DNA of 64,000 nucleotides from Octopus sinensis (GCF_006345805.1 NC_042997.1:166842001-166906000); one strand, 5' to 3'. Positions 41,111-55,796 are shown, counted from the first letter of the stretch. Made by a program: numbers and translations. Notes: a model not told the origin generated them from the sequence alone.

Positions 41111-41609
41111 TATACATTATGTATGTATGTGTCTGTGTGTATGTGTCTGTGTGTATGTGTGTGTGTACTCGTGAGAGCATGTAAGTGTGTGCATGAGAGT
41201 GTGAGGTCCTACTGCGTGGGTGTGTGGATGCGTTTGTGTAAGTAGAATTTTGTATGAAGGCTCATTTGTGTACGCTTATGTTTGGGCGCAGCAAAGAACC
41301 GAAACGATAGATTAGTAAAGGTATCAAAGGGTCGTTGGTTAAACATTCTGTCACCACGACAGCGACACAGACGAACATGCTTAATTGTGTTCATCTCGTT
41401 GTCGTTGCCAGTAGGCTTTGTAGTGGTGACGTTGTATAAATCTGACGAGCGTTTCATCGGAGTTACATGCTGAATTCAAGACTTCGTGTGGGTGTGGTAC
41501 TGTTTTTTTCGGAGAAAGGTTAGCAACCCATCGCCTAAAAACAACTTACGTCTCACAGAGACAAGTGACATACAATGTATTAGTCCGTGTATGTGTGTAT
41601 GCGTGTATG

Positions 41610-41643
<34 letters not shown>

Positions 41644-43060
41644 TGTATGTATGTATGTATGTATGTATGTGTGCATGCACATGTATGTGTGTATGTATGT
41701 ATGTATGTATATATGCATGAATGTATGTATATATGTATTGTCTGCGTGTATGTGTATGTATGCGAATGGCTCGATGCGTTTGGTGAAAAGATGATGAATG
41801 ATGTGTAAGTATATATATTATGTATATGTGTATTTACATGTATGTACATATGTTTATATTATTTACTGCCAACATAAATATTAATGCCTAGTGGTCGGTA
41901 TACTATATCAACACAACAGAAACAAAAACAAAATAAATATTTGCAAAAGCAGTAAAACTCCAAATAAATATACTTAGTGTAGTTAACAAGAAGAAAAGAG
42001 AAAGAGAAAGGGAGACAGCGAGAGAGGAGGCGAAAGAGAGAGAAGGAGTAGGGAGGGAGGGAGGGAGGGAAAGAGAAGGCGGTGTGGTGCGGGGGAAATG
42101 AATGGATGAAATAAAACTTAGCAAAGAACAAAAGCTGTAAGTACAAATTGTATAGTAAAGAGGATAAGATTTCGTATTAAAGAGGGTGTGGGTGCAAGCG
42201 TACATTCTCTATTGTTGGACATGTTAGTTTTAGTAAATACAAGTTCAGCAAAAATATTCGTATCGCTATTATCAACAAATATGTTTCACCCTGATTCAAG
42301 AAAGTAACCGCTATGCCAGAGTTCGATGTGACAGAAATACCAGGCAAAATCTCCCTCGAATCACTGACATTGGTCTTATAGAGTTAAAAAAACAACGCTT
42401 GGGGCACAGATAACGCGCTTCGAGATACATTATTCTTGAAAGTATAAAGTATATATGTATACATAATGGCCGCAATAGAAACGCTTTTCATCATGAGTCT
42501 GCAACCATCATGCCTGACCAGCAGACGGACAAAATGTTTTATAAAATGTGCGATTGTTGCATAAGTTTGTTGAAAAAGTATTTCTTTTCCTGCATCACTG
42601 AATGTTTAAAAAATACGAATGCTTGTTGAAAAAAATTCGGTAAACTACTATACATTGTCGCCGAGTTATATATATATATATATATAAATAGTTGCAGACA
42701 GGTTATGTGTCTGACGAGTCGCCTATACTTCTAAGCGCTTTACTATGCGATACCAATGGCCGCTCTATGACCGGCCGTAACTTTTAACTTCCTAAAAACT
42801 ACATACATACATGTCATAACCTGGGGGACCTTGAAGATTGCCTTAATGCAGGAAAGTATACTAGTCCCTTAATATTTGATACTCAATATTTCATCTATTC
42901 AATAAGACAATCAATACTTCATTTCATTTTACACTATATATACTATTTATACTATATATTCTATATTCTACATTAATATTATAAAGAATATAAATAAAAC
43001 ATAAAAACAGACAGAATTCCTTTGAATAATATATATCCCTCTATACACAATCATACAAAC

Positions 43061-43097
<37 letters not shown>

Positions 43098-43223
43098 CAG
43101 CCGAAATTACTACGATGATCCGGTTCTTGACTGAAGACTGAGGGTTTCGAATGTCCTGTCCGTGTTATTGTATCGTCTTCTTGAGTTATACGTTCTTGTC
43201 CATGTTGTATTTTTCTACATACC

Positions 43224-43318
<95 letters not shown>

Positions 43319-43680
43319 TATATATATACATACATACATACATACATACATACAAAGTATGGGGGTTTAGTTCACAGGTGATCTAAATGATTAAGCACGC
43401 TAGGTAAGTGCTGTAACGAATTACTATGGCTCCAAGGTTACAACCGAGACGGTAGTTATGGATCCATTGTAGATTTGTGATGTAGTGGATATATAACTGT
43501 TAAAGAGGACAACAAACGTGCGTTAAGGCAAGGCAAACGGATTATCCCATAGTCTGGGATATCCCAGAAACAGCTGTAAGACATTGAATTTTTTCCAATG
43601 ATAATAATGTATATGACTTGAGATATTTACCTTGTCTTAACGTTTGTTGACCTCTTTAACAATTGTGTGTGTATGTGTGT

Positions 43681-43774
<94 letters not shown>

Positions 43775-43980
43775 GGTATGTGTGTTTCGCTTAGACATTG
43801 CGAGACCAATAACTCGGTGTATACGTATGTTTCAGAAAGAAATGTTGGCTGAGTATAGAGCGGAAATATGAAAGAGATGAAAAAGGAATAAATGATTATG
43901 CTATGAAGTTAATTAGCTGTAAGTTAATGAAATTCATATGATAATCACATATTTCTTTGTCATTTCTCTGTCTTATATAT

Positions 43981-44019
<39 letters not shown>

Positions 44020-44153
44020 AATACACAAACACAAACGCACGCACGCTCACAAACACTTATATACACACACGCATACACACAAATACACACAGATAAATAC
44101 ACACATATATATACACACACACACACATACACAAGCACACATATATATATATA

Positions 44154-44560
44154 GGCGCAGGAGTGGCTGTGTGGTAAGTAGCTTGCTTACCAGCCACATG
44201 GTTCTGAGTTCAGTCCCACTGCGTGGCACCTTGGACAAGTGTCTTCTACTATAGCCCCGGGCCGACCAAAGCCTTGTGAGTAGATTTGGTAAACGGAAAC
44301 TGAAAGAAGCCCGTCGTATATATATGTATATATATGCGTGTGTGTGTTTGTGTGTTTGTATGTCTGTGTTTGTCCCCCCAATATCGCTTGACAACCGATG
44401 GTGGTGTGTTTACGTCCTCGTAAACTAGCGATTCGGCAAAAGAAACCGATAGAATAAGTACTAGGCTTACAAAGAATAAATCCTGGGGTCGATTTCCTCG
44501 ACTAAAGGCGGTGCTCCAGCATGGCCGCAGTCAAATGACTGAAACAAATAAAAGAGTAAA
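44154..44560 (+). mobile_element. SINE family B, full length (plus an inverted partial copy at 44575-44730)
   Basis: A box tggctgtgtggt, B box gttcagtccc, internal (TA)(TG) tract, tail ggcggtgctccagcatggccgcagtcaaatgactgaaac. Confidence 0.92.
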
Positions 44561-45434
44561 TGATATATTATATACAAAGGGCTTCTTTCAGTTTCCGTCT
44601 ACCAAATCAACTCGCAAGGCTTTGGTCGCCACGATGCTATAGTAGAAGATACTTGCCCAAGGTGCCATGCAGTGAAACTGAATCCGGAACCATGTGTTTG
44701 GGAAGCAAGCTTCTTATCACACAGCCACGATGGGATGACAAATCTAATTAGTCGCCCAGTTTAACACCTTTGGCTGTCTTTAGTGCAATCCACTTTGTTT
44801 CAAACATTCATACAAGATCTGTGGTCTCAGGGTAACTTAATATTGTGAAGTATTGCTTCCTACTAAAACAACTCCTGTGCTCAACTTAGTTTTTTGGGTC
44901 ATTAAAATAAATAAATAAATAAATAAAGTCATAACAAATAGAAAAATCTCTTGATGAAATGAATGTCATTTCTAGCAATGAATTACTTTTATTTCAGAAA
45001 ATGCTGAATATTTATTCCAGTTTGTAATTGTGTTACACTCGCAATACGAGTCGAAATATATTAAGGCAGTTCATCATTTTTTGTTTTTCAGTTTACTATA
45101 AGTCAGGTAAACTCGACATGTTGATATGTCCAGTAAATAGGTTTGCGTGTACATATGTACACGTGCACACATACCCACGCATGCACACACATACATGCAT
45201 ATACATGAATGTATTCAGTTGGGAACTTGAGAAAGAATTCCTCCAAATTAGTTATTCTGTGCTATATGCATTGAATATATTAAATGTCTTTCATTAACTA
45301 TAGCTAACATCATTAGTATGAATAGAGTTTCGATTATATACATACATGCTGGCATACATACATACATACATACATACATACATACATACATACATACATA
45401 CATACATACATACATACGTACATACATACATACA

Positions 45435-45466
<32 letters not shown>

Positions 45467-45479
45467 CATACATACGTAC

Positions 45480-46020
45480 ATGACAGTTATTTGAGACAGA
45501 GAAGAGAAGCTATGTATAGTGGTCGAAATCAGATTCCTGGCGGATGTTAACACGAAGCTAAAAATTAGCGAAAAAGAGAATAAATACGCTGAACTATTGA
45601 GAAATCTACACTTACTCTAAGTCCAGATTTATAATTGTAATTATTGGCTCACTGGGATATGTAACACACTACATAAGTACCAATGTTGAGAAATTAAGCT
45701 TCTCAAAACGAGGAAAGAGAAATCTGATTCGAAGACAACAGATCCGCTCCAACACTGGAACTGTAAAATTGTTTAAAACTTTCCAGAAGTTTATCATTTA
45801 AGTAAATATGCGCATGTTTTGACATGCATGAGAATACATACATAAAGGAAAACATACAAATCTGCACATGCTGTGATTCCAAATACTGCATATATAAATA
45901 CATAGATATAAAAATACCCTGTTGATGTTGTTGAAATTCTTATGAACGAGCCTTGGATCTAGACTAGAAACCGGCTCTTTCTCTATTGGTAAGAAGCTTT
46001 GAAATAAAACTGAATAATGA
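45480..46020 (+). mobile_element. RLE-type LINE 3' fragment in (CATA)n
   Basis: WDREEKLCIVVEI...KENKYAELLRNL...IIGSLGYV...TGTVK with frameshifts, plus 3' UTR. (CATA)n on both sides. Confidence 0.65.
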
Positions 46021-49000
46021 CATACTACATACATACATACATACATACATACATACATAATACATACATACATACATACATACATACATGCATGCATACC
46101 TAGTACATGTATACATGCACATACGCACATACATACGTATACACACATATACACATCTATTTGTTTTAATTTAATATATATTAACTCGAACTTGTGTAAA
46201 ACTTATTAAATGAAGAACAGGAAGTGTCTCACAATTGCAGAGTAGAATAAATTATTCATCCTTTTCTGAAGTAAAAGTAATTTATTGCTAGAACAGACAT
46301 TCGTTTCATCAAGAGATGTATTTATTTTACTTGTTAAGACTTAATCAGAGGAGAGAAACAAGTCCATGACCTTCAAGATAAAAGGAACAAAAAAGTAAGT
46401 TGGACGCAGAGGTTGTTTTAGTAGGAAGCGATACATCACCGTATTATACATCGACGTGTGAGACCACAGATCTTGCACGAATGTTTGTAACAGGATGGAC
46501 CGCGCTAAATACAGCCAAAGGCTCGGTAACGGTGTTAAATTGGGCGACGGAATAAATTTATCACTGCCTAAAAAGTAACATCAAAGTAGTTTCCGCACAG
46601 TTTCGATCGCCCCAGTTTCACTGACAAGACTTGAGACTAACTTAGGCAGTGGCAGAAGGTACTTGCTCAAGGAACCGCACAGTGGGATCGACTCTAGGTA
46701 TATTTGATTACGAAGCAAGCTTCACCATCCAGCCACAACAGAACCTATTGTGGTATATGCATAAGCAATCACGTGTTATAAGCAACAAATTATTGAATTA
46801 TGGCCTAATACCTATAAGCCATATTGTGTGGCCTATAGCCAATGAATTTGTTCACTTTAAAATAATCGTATTTCTTTTTAAGAAGTAGTCAGGTAATCTT
46901 TATCAGGTGGATGTTAACCTGAGAATGAATGTGAAAGTGGCTGCTAAGGTTGTGGTTGTGTTAGTGATAAATGTGATAATGATAGTGGCTGTGGTTGATA
47001 TTCTAGGACTAGATAATATGGTTTGTGTACGTGTAGGGATGGTTAATTTGGCGCTTGCAGTGGTGAGGTTTGGTAGTAGCCGTGGTGTTAGTATGTTATT
47101 CGATATATTGTGTGTAGTTATGATCGTAAACGTCGTGACTCTTTTGGGTGTAACTCTAGTATAATCGAGATGGCTAGATTTGTGTTGGTAGTGATGGTAG
47201 TGATGGTGGTGGTATTGGTATTGGTAGTGGTGGTATCGGTGGTTGTGCTGATAGTAATCGTGGTGATAGTGGTGGTGATGGTAGTTGTGGTACTGGTTGT
47301 GGTGGTTGCGGTGGCGGTGGTGTTGGTGATAGGCGTGATGGCTGTGGTGTCAGTGTTGGTCGTGATGTGTCTGTGTCTGAGTGGTTTGTCGGTCGACACA
47401 GTGAAAGGTGCAATAAAGTATATGTTAGAGATATTGAAGATATAAATTAACAACTGAAAGCACCGCCTTATTAATGTAACCTCTATCGTAATTGACGTGT
47501 GTGTGTGTGTGTGTGTATGTATGTGTGTGTGTGCGTGTATGTGCCTATGAGTGTGTGTGTAGTATGTTTTTGTGATACATATATATACAAACGTGTGTTC
47601 CCGTGGGAATGCATGTATTTCTAAGTGTGTGTGTATCTGCACTTATGTATAGGCATAAGCGCTTGTGTATACATACACACATGCACACGCACGCACACAA
47701 ATACACACACACACACACATGGTATACTGTTCGCTTGGTAATAGGGTCAGCAAAAAAGTCTTCAATCCAGCGAGAGAGGTATATCATTCAATGAATATGG
47801 GAGTTATATACGTGAACTACTTTAAGTTTCATGCTAAAACAAAGCAGTCATCGGACGGGCTTGTATAGCGCATCGTGCACGATGCAGTAATCGATCAGGT
47901 TAAAAAATTAGCATTTTACGCCAAGAACATCAAAAAGATTTTTCCTTTGCTATTAGAGACAAGTTTCCGCCGCAAGTAGTTATTATTTATAGGTTAACGG
48001 AAACTGGATGTTTGTATTTGCTAGCATCACATCTTTTTTTCCAATCGTTCATTTAAATATAGCTAGATGGTTTGTTGGGTAAAAAGAGATTTATTATAAT
48101 CTGCCTAGAAATGAAAGAAACATTGCGTGTGAGAAGTATCAACCGTCTAATAAAACATAAAACATAACAACATCAACAAAACAACATAAAGATTATCCCG
48201 TTCCATTTATACAATTATCGTTGAAAAACAAAAAAAAGAAATTCACTATTAATAAAATTACCAGTAGCATCGACACCACTGTCTCTACCACCATACCAGT
48301 GTCACCAACACTACTAATTACCTAGCTGTCACTATCACTAATGAACCCCCACCATCACCACCATCCCTATCCAAACTAAGATTCTCATCAACAACATCCA
48401 ACATGAACATCAACATCAACATACAAACCAGCGTCACTATTACCACAAAAGCACCACCAAAACTTTTACAGAGACAAAAACAAAAAAGGTAACAAAAATA
48501 ATTAAAAAATAGCAAAATGCAATATGCTGTCATACCACAGCTGAGTTAGTAGTCTCAAGTCTCAATCTCTTCACCATACTACTATATTAATGGAGTCTAA
48601 AGTATGTAATTTATCTTCGCCCTACCGTATGTCAACTATGGAGAAAACGTTAGTCAACTTAATAGATTTTCCACTGCAATATATACTTTAAGTGATTTCC
48701 TTTTTGTTTTTCCTTCTATTTCATTCAAATTTTTCTTATTATTATTCCAACATCTCGTTAAACAACAGCAGACGATAGAATAAATATTACAACATCGTCC
48801 CTCCAAACAGCAGACGAGAGTAAATAATACAAAAAATCATACAGGAAGTCAATAAATGCTCTTTTTCTTGTTTTCAGACTCTTTTACATTTTCGGGTTTT
48901 TCTTTTGTTTTTCTTCCTGTAATTTCTTGTTACTTTCATTCATTCTCTTTCGTTATCTTATTTCTTTTCTGGTAACTTTTTCTTGCCGCGCTTTTTAAAA

Positions 49001-49216
49001 AAAAATTCTACCCTGTTTCCTTTCATTATTATTTTTCCCACTCTTTTTTTAATTTATTTACTGTTGAAAGAGTTTATGAGTGTGATAGTACAAGGATGTG
49101 TATTTTTGAGTGAGAAATGTGTACTCGCGTGTGCCTGTGCTTGTTTGCATGCACATGTCAATGCAACTAATTCAAATATATACATATAAATGCATGTGTA
49201 TACATATATATGTATG

Positions 49217-49272
<56 letters not shown>

Positions 49273-49296
49273 ATATATATTATATATATGTATATA

Positions 49297-49327
<31 letters not shown>

Positions 49328-50796
49328 TATACACATGCGTATATATCCATGTATACATGTAAGCATATATGTATATATATCTGTATGTAAGTGCCTGTAG
49401 AAGTACACACACATACACACACATCTGTGTGTGCATCTGGATAAGTGTAAGTATTTATATGTTTATATGCGTAGCCATATATGCACATGCCACAGTAAAT
49501 TTAACTTTGTTAAAATACTTTATTCACAACGTACGCTTTAAGTTACTTCCTTCTTACTTTAAAAAAAATTTTTGACTAAAGTTGAAAATGAAATGTGACA
49601 CACAACTTCTTACATGAAAATGGACGCCTAACATCACATAATACAAAGAAAAAAAGGAAAACATTAAGTACTTAAGCAAAAACCAAAACGAAACATAATT
49701 AACCCCTAAACAAACTATACTCTAATTTTAAAAAATAATACACTAAACAAAGCTGTTTCTAATTTAAATCAAAATCACCAACCAAATAGCCTTAGTCATT
49801 GAAAAACAAATATTAAGTTTATAAGCAACAGACGTAATAAAAAAAGAAATTGATTGAGTTTGTAGTGTAGAATATAACGATATGTCGACTTGTCGCTACT
49901 GGTAAATGATTTGATTTACTCTTTATTGACTGGTAAACTCAGTATTTTAATGTTTATATTGTCATCAAATGTCAAAGGAAGCCGTGTGCTTTAGACGTTC
50001 CTTTTAATAGTCATTTAGATCCATGTTCGATCCCACTTGTGCAGCACTTCAGTAAGTGTCTTTTGCTGTAGCCTCGATTTAACCCAAGCACTGTAACTAA
50101 AATTAAGTAGATACAAACAGTGCAAAATCCCATCGGATAAAGTGTACTTGTCCTTGGGTGGCAGACTTAATCCGCCATCTTATTTGATACCACTTGCATG
50201 GTACTTGGGTACTTTTAGTGCGGACCCCATTCTGTTTCAAGTGTTCGAAAATTATCTCTTGTCTTACGGTTTTCATTCTCTTCTCTCAACAGTTTTAGAG
50301 CCCCTAACCAATCTTCCCTCTAAAAGACCATATCAAGTCGTATTTTCTTTGTGTTTTTCTTTTTTTTTTTCTCTAAAGTCCATTTTTATTTTCCGAAGCC
50401 ACGTCCATTACTTAACTGTAAGATACTTTTACTCATAACTGTTCTGTGCACATAAATCTAAGAAATACCATTGGTAAAGTCTCACTTATGTAAGTGTTGT
50501 GCATTGAAACAAGTGTTTTCTTAGATCAAAATATTGGGCTGAAAAGCACATGAAGGTTTGGACACCATCAAAACATTCGGAGCGAGACACTCCTATTCCA
50601 GTTATAGATACTAATCCTACAGGACGGATTGTGAAATTAATGACACACGAATTTCATCAACTGGTCATCTACTCAAGCCAAAATGAAGTAAAATTTTTAT
50701 ATGAAGACCGAATGGACTTGGTTGAATAAACACTACTGACGAAATAATTCGCAAACAAAAATTACGAAGAACACGATGGGTTATATACTCTTGGAT

Positions 50797-50829
<33 letters not shown>

Positions 50830-50839
50830 TATATATATT

Positions 50840-50871
<32 letters not shown>

Positions 50872-51318
50872 CATACACTTTTCTACGCATTTCGATCGAA
50901 TCCCCAACGAGTTTACACGGGATCTCCTAACAACAATGTAACCCTCATATATTCAAGGTATCCCTGGCTTGAATAGTAGCTTGCGGGCTATTTCTGGCAT
51001 AGATAATTTACTACTTCTGAGGTTCAGCTATCTATGAAAAATGTAGCTTGTATTTTATCTATTCCATTCCCTAAAGTTTGGATGTTTATTCGCATATACA
51101 ACAACCCGTGTTGCTAATCTGGAACAATAAAATTCATTTTTCAGCTTTGACACAGAAAAAATTTACAACCTTCTACAACAATAAACCACTGATGTTCCTG
51201 AAAGTTGTAGTATATGTACTGACCAAGCAATTTGTAAGTTGTTTTTCATATCTACGGATTACTTGAAGCTCTCTAACTTCCTACACCTTGATCCTGGGAT
51301 CATAGCTTTTCATATCAA

Positions 51319-51319
<1 letters not shown>

Positions 51320-51390
<71 letters not shown>

Positions 51391-51479
51391 CATCCATCCA
51401 TCCATCCATCCATCCATCCATCCATCCATCCATCCATCCATCCATCCATCCATCCATCCATCCATCTATCTATCTATCA

Positions 51480-51551
<72 letters not shown>

Positions 51552-51590
51552 GTCTGTCTGTCTATCTGTCTGTCTGTCCGTCTGTCTTTC
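51320..51590. repeat. Compound (TATC)/(CATC)/(TGTC) array
   Basis: Directly visible. Confidence 0.97.
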
Positions 51591-51599
51591 ACCACCATA

Positions 51600-52029
51600 G
51601 ACATACATACAAATAAATTTGTATGTATATATATATCTATGTATGTCTTTGTGTTTGTCTCCCACCACTACTCGACAACCGGTGTTCGTTTGTTTATATC
51701 CCCGTAACTTAGCGTTTAGGCTATAAAGATCGACAGAATAAGTACCAAGTTTTAAAAAATATAAGCACTGGGGTAAATTCACTTGACTAAAAACTTTCAA
51801 GGCGATTTCCCAGCCAGTCTGTAGACCAGTGACTGAAACAAGGGAAAGAAAGATGAAAGATATACAGGCGTGGCTGTGTGGTAAGAAGCTTGCTTCCCAA
51901 ACACATGGTCCCGGATTCAGTTCCACAGCGTGGCACCTTGGGCAAGTATTTTCTCCTATAGTCTTGGGCCAACCAAAGCTTTGTCAGTGGGTTTGGTAGA
52001 TGGAAACTGAAAGAAGCCCGTCATATATG

Positions 52030-52030
<1 letters not shown>
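51600..52030 (+). mobile_element. Two SINE family B fragments (3' half, then a 5' half)
   Basis: agaataagtacc...actgaaacaag followed by ggcgtggctgtgtggtaagaagcttgcttccc...gaaagaagcccgtc. Confidence 0.8.
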
Positions 52031-52068
<38 letters not shown>

Positions 52069-52295
52069 ATATATATAACATATTTATGTAGATGTTGTTT
52101 CTCGTGTATGTGTAAGTTTTGTCAGTGAACAGGTCGCGGTTTCAAAGCGACGAAATTTTTTTGACACAAATGAAATTTAATGTTGAAGAGAAACTAATGA
52201 TTTTTGTGTGTCCTTGAATAGCTTACAAACATCTTCCACGCTGCAATTGTTTTTGTTTCAGCACACGATCTCAGATCAAGTCACTTGCTATGCAA

Positions 52296-52331
<36 letters not shown>

Positions 52332-52768
52332 ATACATACATATTTCAACATATATTAAGGCATGTGCTATACACCTGATTATCTTGATTATCAGTTTGTG
52401 GGTACTCATATATGGTTACATAAAGCATATGAATTATACATAATATACATTTTTGGAGTATATATGAATATACATGCGTGTGTGTGTGTGTGTGTGTGTG
52501 TGAGTATCCGGGTAGTACACTATGCCTGTATGCGCTTAGATATATGTATTTGTATATATATTTTCCCTCTAAACACACCTACACAAATACATGAAATTTT
52601 CCGAGCAGCAGATGTTCATGTTACTGTATATGCAAACGTGCACTCACACATGCGCGCGCACGGACACATAATACCTGTTTACACATTTGCGTATTTCTCT
52701 ATCCACACACTCTCACAAGCATGTACACAAATACTCTCATTAAATCTCTCACTCTCTCTCTCACTCTC

Positions 52769-52855
<87 letters not shown>

Positions 52856-52997
52856 TCGCTATGAAAGAAATCCCTACTTTTCTCTCTTCGTTTGATCTTG
52901 GTTTTATTTCTAAAAAATAAACACTCCAATACTTACGAAGTATTACTGTTTCGAAACATTTTTTTTCTTATGAACTCACATATTTTGACACAGTTCC

Positions 52998-53200
52998 TTG
53001 TGGAGGCGCAATGGCCCAGTGGTTAGGACAGCGGACTCGCGGCCGTAAGAACGCGTTTTCGATTCCCAGACCGGGCATTGTGAGTGTTTATTGAGCAAAA
53101 ACACCTAAGCTCCACGAAGCTCCGGCGTAGGAGGGGGGTGAACCCTGCTGTACTCTTTCACCACAACTTTCACTCACTCTTCTTCCTACTTCTGCAACAA
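52998..53200 (+). mobile_element. SINE family C, 5' part
   Basis: ggaggcgcaatggcccagtggttagg...ttcgattcccag tRNA-like head; matches 56472. Confidence 0.85.
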
Positions 53201-53669
53201 AGCAGAGGAACCATGGTGTGGTAAACTTTCAGACCCTAGTCTAGCTTGCGAATCATTTGTACCCCAGGATGGTTCAGCTCTCCACCCGTTAAAAGCCACC
53301 GTTTATGGAATGAGGATAACAACGTAGCTTTCGCGCCCGTGCAACCGCCAGTCTATCGCGTGTAGTAGGTGGATCTTCAAGTTGCCACACGCATTCTTAG
53401 TAGCTTAGAGTAGCCTCGAATTAGAGATTATTTTCTTGTGGCTAATGGTGTGAGTCCTGATTGGAAGAAGCAGCAACAGCAGCAGCCGATCAAGAATTTG
53501 GACCTGGAGATTTCCATTTCCAGCGACTTGGAGGGCCACCTCCCAGTGGTGTCGGGCGTCAACGAAGAGCCCTCGACTACAAGACAACCAAAGTTTTTTT
53601 TTTCCAAGGTCTGGAGTCTCCCGACCCTAAGCCCTAGACCATCACCTAATTACCCTTACCCATCTTGTT

Positions 53670-53711
53670 GCTTAACAACAACAACAACAACAACAACAAC
53701 AAAAACAACAA

Positions 53712-53791
<80 letters not shown>

Positions 53792-53817
53792 GCAACAGCA
53801 GCAGCAGCAGCAGCAGC

Positions 53818-53848
<31 letters not shown>

Positions 53849-53880
53849 CAACAATAGCAGCAGCAGCAGCAGCAGTATAA
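53670..53880. repeat. (CAA)n/(CAG)n trinucleotide array
   Basis: Directly visible. Confidence 0.97.
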
Positions 53881-55712
53881 CAAGAAATCTTGTATATAAT
53901 GATCATAACGTGATATATGTATAGATGTAAGCAAAACTCTAAACAAGTTTGGGGATCAAGCAAAAAAAGATACAATAAAAGAATCTTTAAAATTCAAGAT
54001 CTAATATATTTTGGAATAAAAACGTTGGTTTATTTTAATTTTGTATATCATTTCTGCTCAAAGCCCTCAACTCTTTCTCTTCATCGCTCATTCATTGTGA
54101 TAATCTATTTTTCCGTCATCACTGTGTCACCTCCGCACCACAGTGCAACTTATACTGACATTCACTGTCATGACGATAAGATAACAGAAATTATATGAAT
54201 TTAATGAAGAAAATATTCACGTATAGCAAGAATAATGAATCAAAATACTTCGTTACATTATTTCGTAACTTTAAATCTTCTTATAAGTGTTTAAAAAGTT
54301 ATGAAACATTTTATAGAGATTTCATTATTTATTGATGTCTAAGTTTCTTAAAAATTATTTCCTACATATTTTTCATTTTTTTCTTGCTTGTTTATTGATC
54401 TTCCTTTAAAAATTAGGAAAAGATTCACTGTACAATGTGAGCAAATATATACAAACAGACAGAAAAAATAAAAATAAATGTCAATCTCGGATTATGGTGC
54501 AAAGCATACAATTTTAAAGGAAAGGTGCAGTTAATAATTTGCTTCTAGTGTCTCGAATGATTCATATCAACCTCTTGGCAGCACTACCAGCTAAATATTT
54601 TTTGTAAATTAACCGTGGCTTCAGAGCTGAAAGTCCTCTCGAAAAGACGTCCAGGCTCCTCTAAGCACGTCATCACTTTCCCCACCTAGCGCTTTAGCTT
54701 TTGTCGTCACGATCGTAAGAGCACGGCTTGGGTTCCCGCACTCGGTGGTGCGCTGTGTTCTTGAGCACAAGAAAAAAAAAACCCACTTAATTTCACATTG
54801 TTCCAGTCCACTCAGCTGTAAATGAGTTAATCTTATGACAGAATGGTGTCCCGTTCAGAGGTTGAAGTTCAGTGCTGTAATTTCAGTCACTTATACACCA
54901 CGGAAACGGGATAAGCTCCCGACTTGATGAGTCCTCTGGCTCATAACAGGCCAAAGTATCAGTCCTGTATAGGTTGCTAATGTAGAAGTTCCAACAATTG
55001 CATTGCCTCACTAGAAGAGGGTTGTGAGCGCCTGATAACATTCACGATGCCAAATGTTTTGTTTTGATCTTCGCATGTCTCAGGACTGCCGCCCTGTCAA
55101 ACAGACTAAATAACAACGGAAGCGATCTAGACGTTGGTCATCGTTGCACGGAATTTCAGTCATAGCTTTGTCTCAGATAATTCTTGGTGAGATTGGACAC
55201 CCTGCTTGCTACAGCACTCCAGTTCCTATCAAACAGATGATCCGAACCAGAAACAGTTCAATCGGTCTGTTCTTCATTAAAAAAAAAAGAACAAGAGAAA
55301 AGGAGAGAAAAAGACGAGAAAGGAAAAATGAAAAAAAATGAGAGGAAAAATATAACACGTGTAGAATCTCTTCAATTCTATATTGAAATAAATGTAATCG
55401 CAGGTGTATACGCTTGTGTGTGTGTGAGATAGATAGATAGAGAGAGAGAGAGAGATAGGGAGGGAAGGAGGGAGGGAGGGAGAGGATCCAGTTTACTCAG
55501 GTGAGTTCTGGTGAAACTCTTGCATCTTCCTTCTCTCACGTCCTCGATGGTCAGTTGGGTCATACGGGATGGGAAGGGTTGAGAAGGTGTCAATATCTGC
55601 TCGTAACCACATAAGCACCTAAAACAGTTAACGAAAGCTGGGAACTTGTGATTAAATCGCTTGTAAGTGAAGGTTATACATACATGCACACACACGCACA
55701 CATGCATGTATG

Positions 55713-55755
<43 letters not shown>

Positions 55756-55762
55756 TATATAT

Positions 55763-55796
<34 letters not shown>

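Noticed and set aside
44154-44230. tRNA genes at SINE heads (also 40882, 52998, 56472)
   Set aside because: They have A/B boxes but run straight into SINE bodies, and I could not draw a full cloverleaf.
46900-47400. Val-rich / Thr-rich ORFs (also 48300-48450, 58560-58850, 2580-2720)
   Set aside because: Degenerate (GTG/GTT/CAC)n repeats, not membrane or mucin genes.
47870-47885. 16-bp perfect palindrome gcatcgtgcacgatgc
   Set aside because: A single occurrence with no supporting context; no function can be assigned.
51145-51233. Plus-strand 89-bp exon candidate (ttttcag|...|gtaagt)
   Set aside because: One open frame but no recognisable product and no partner exons. Isolated donors at ~55500 and ~58412 are equally unsupported.
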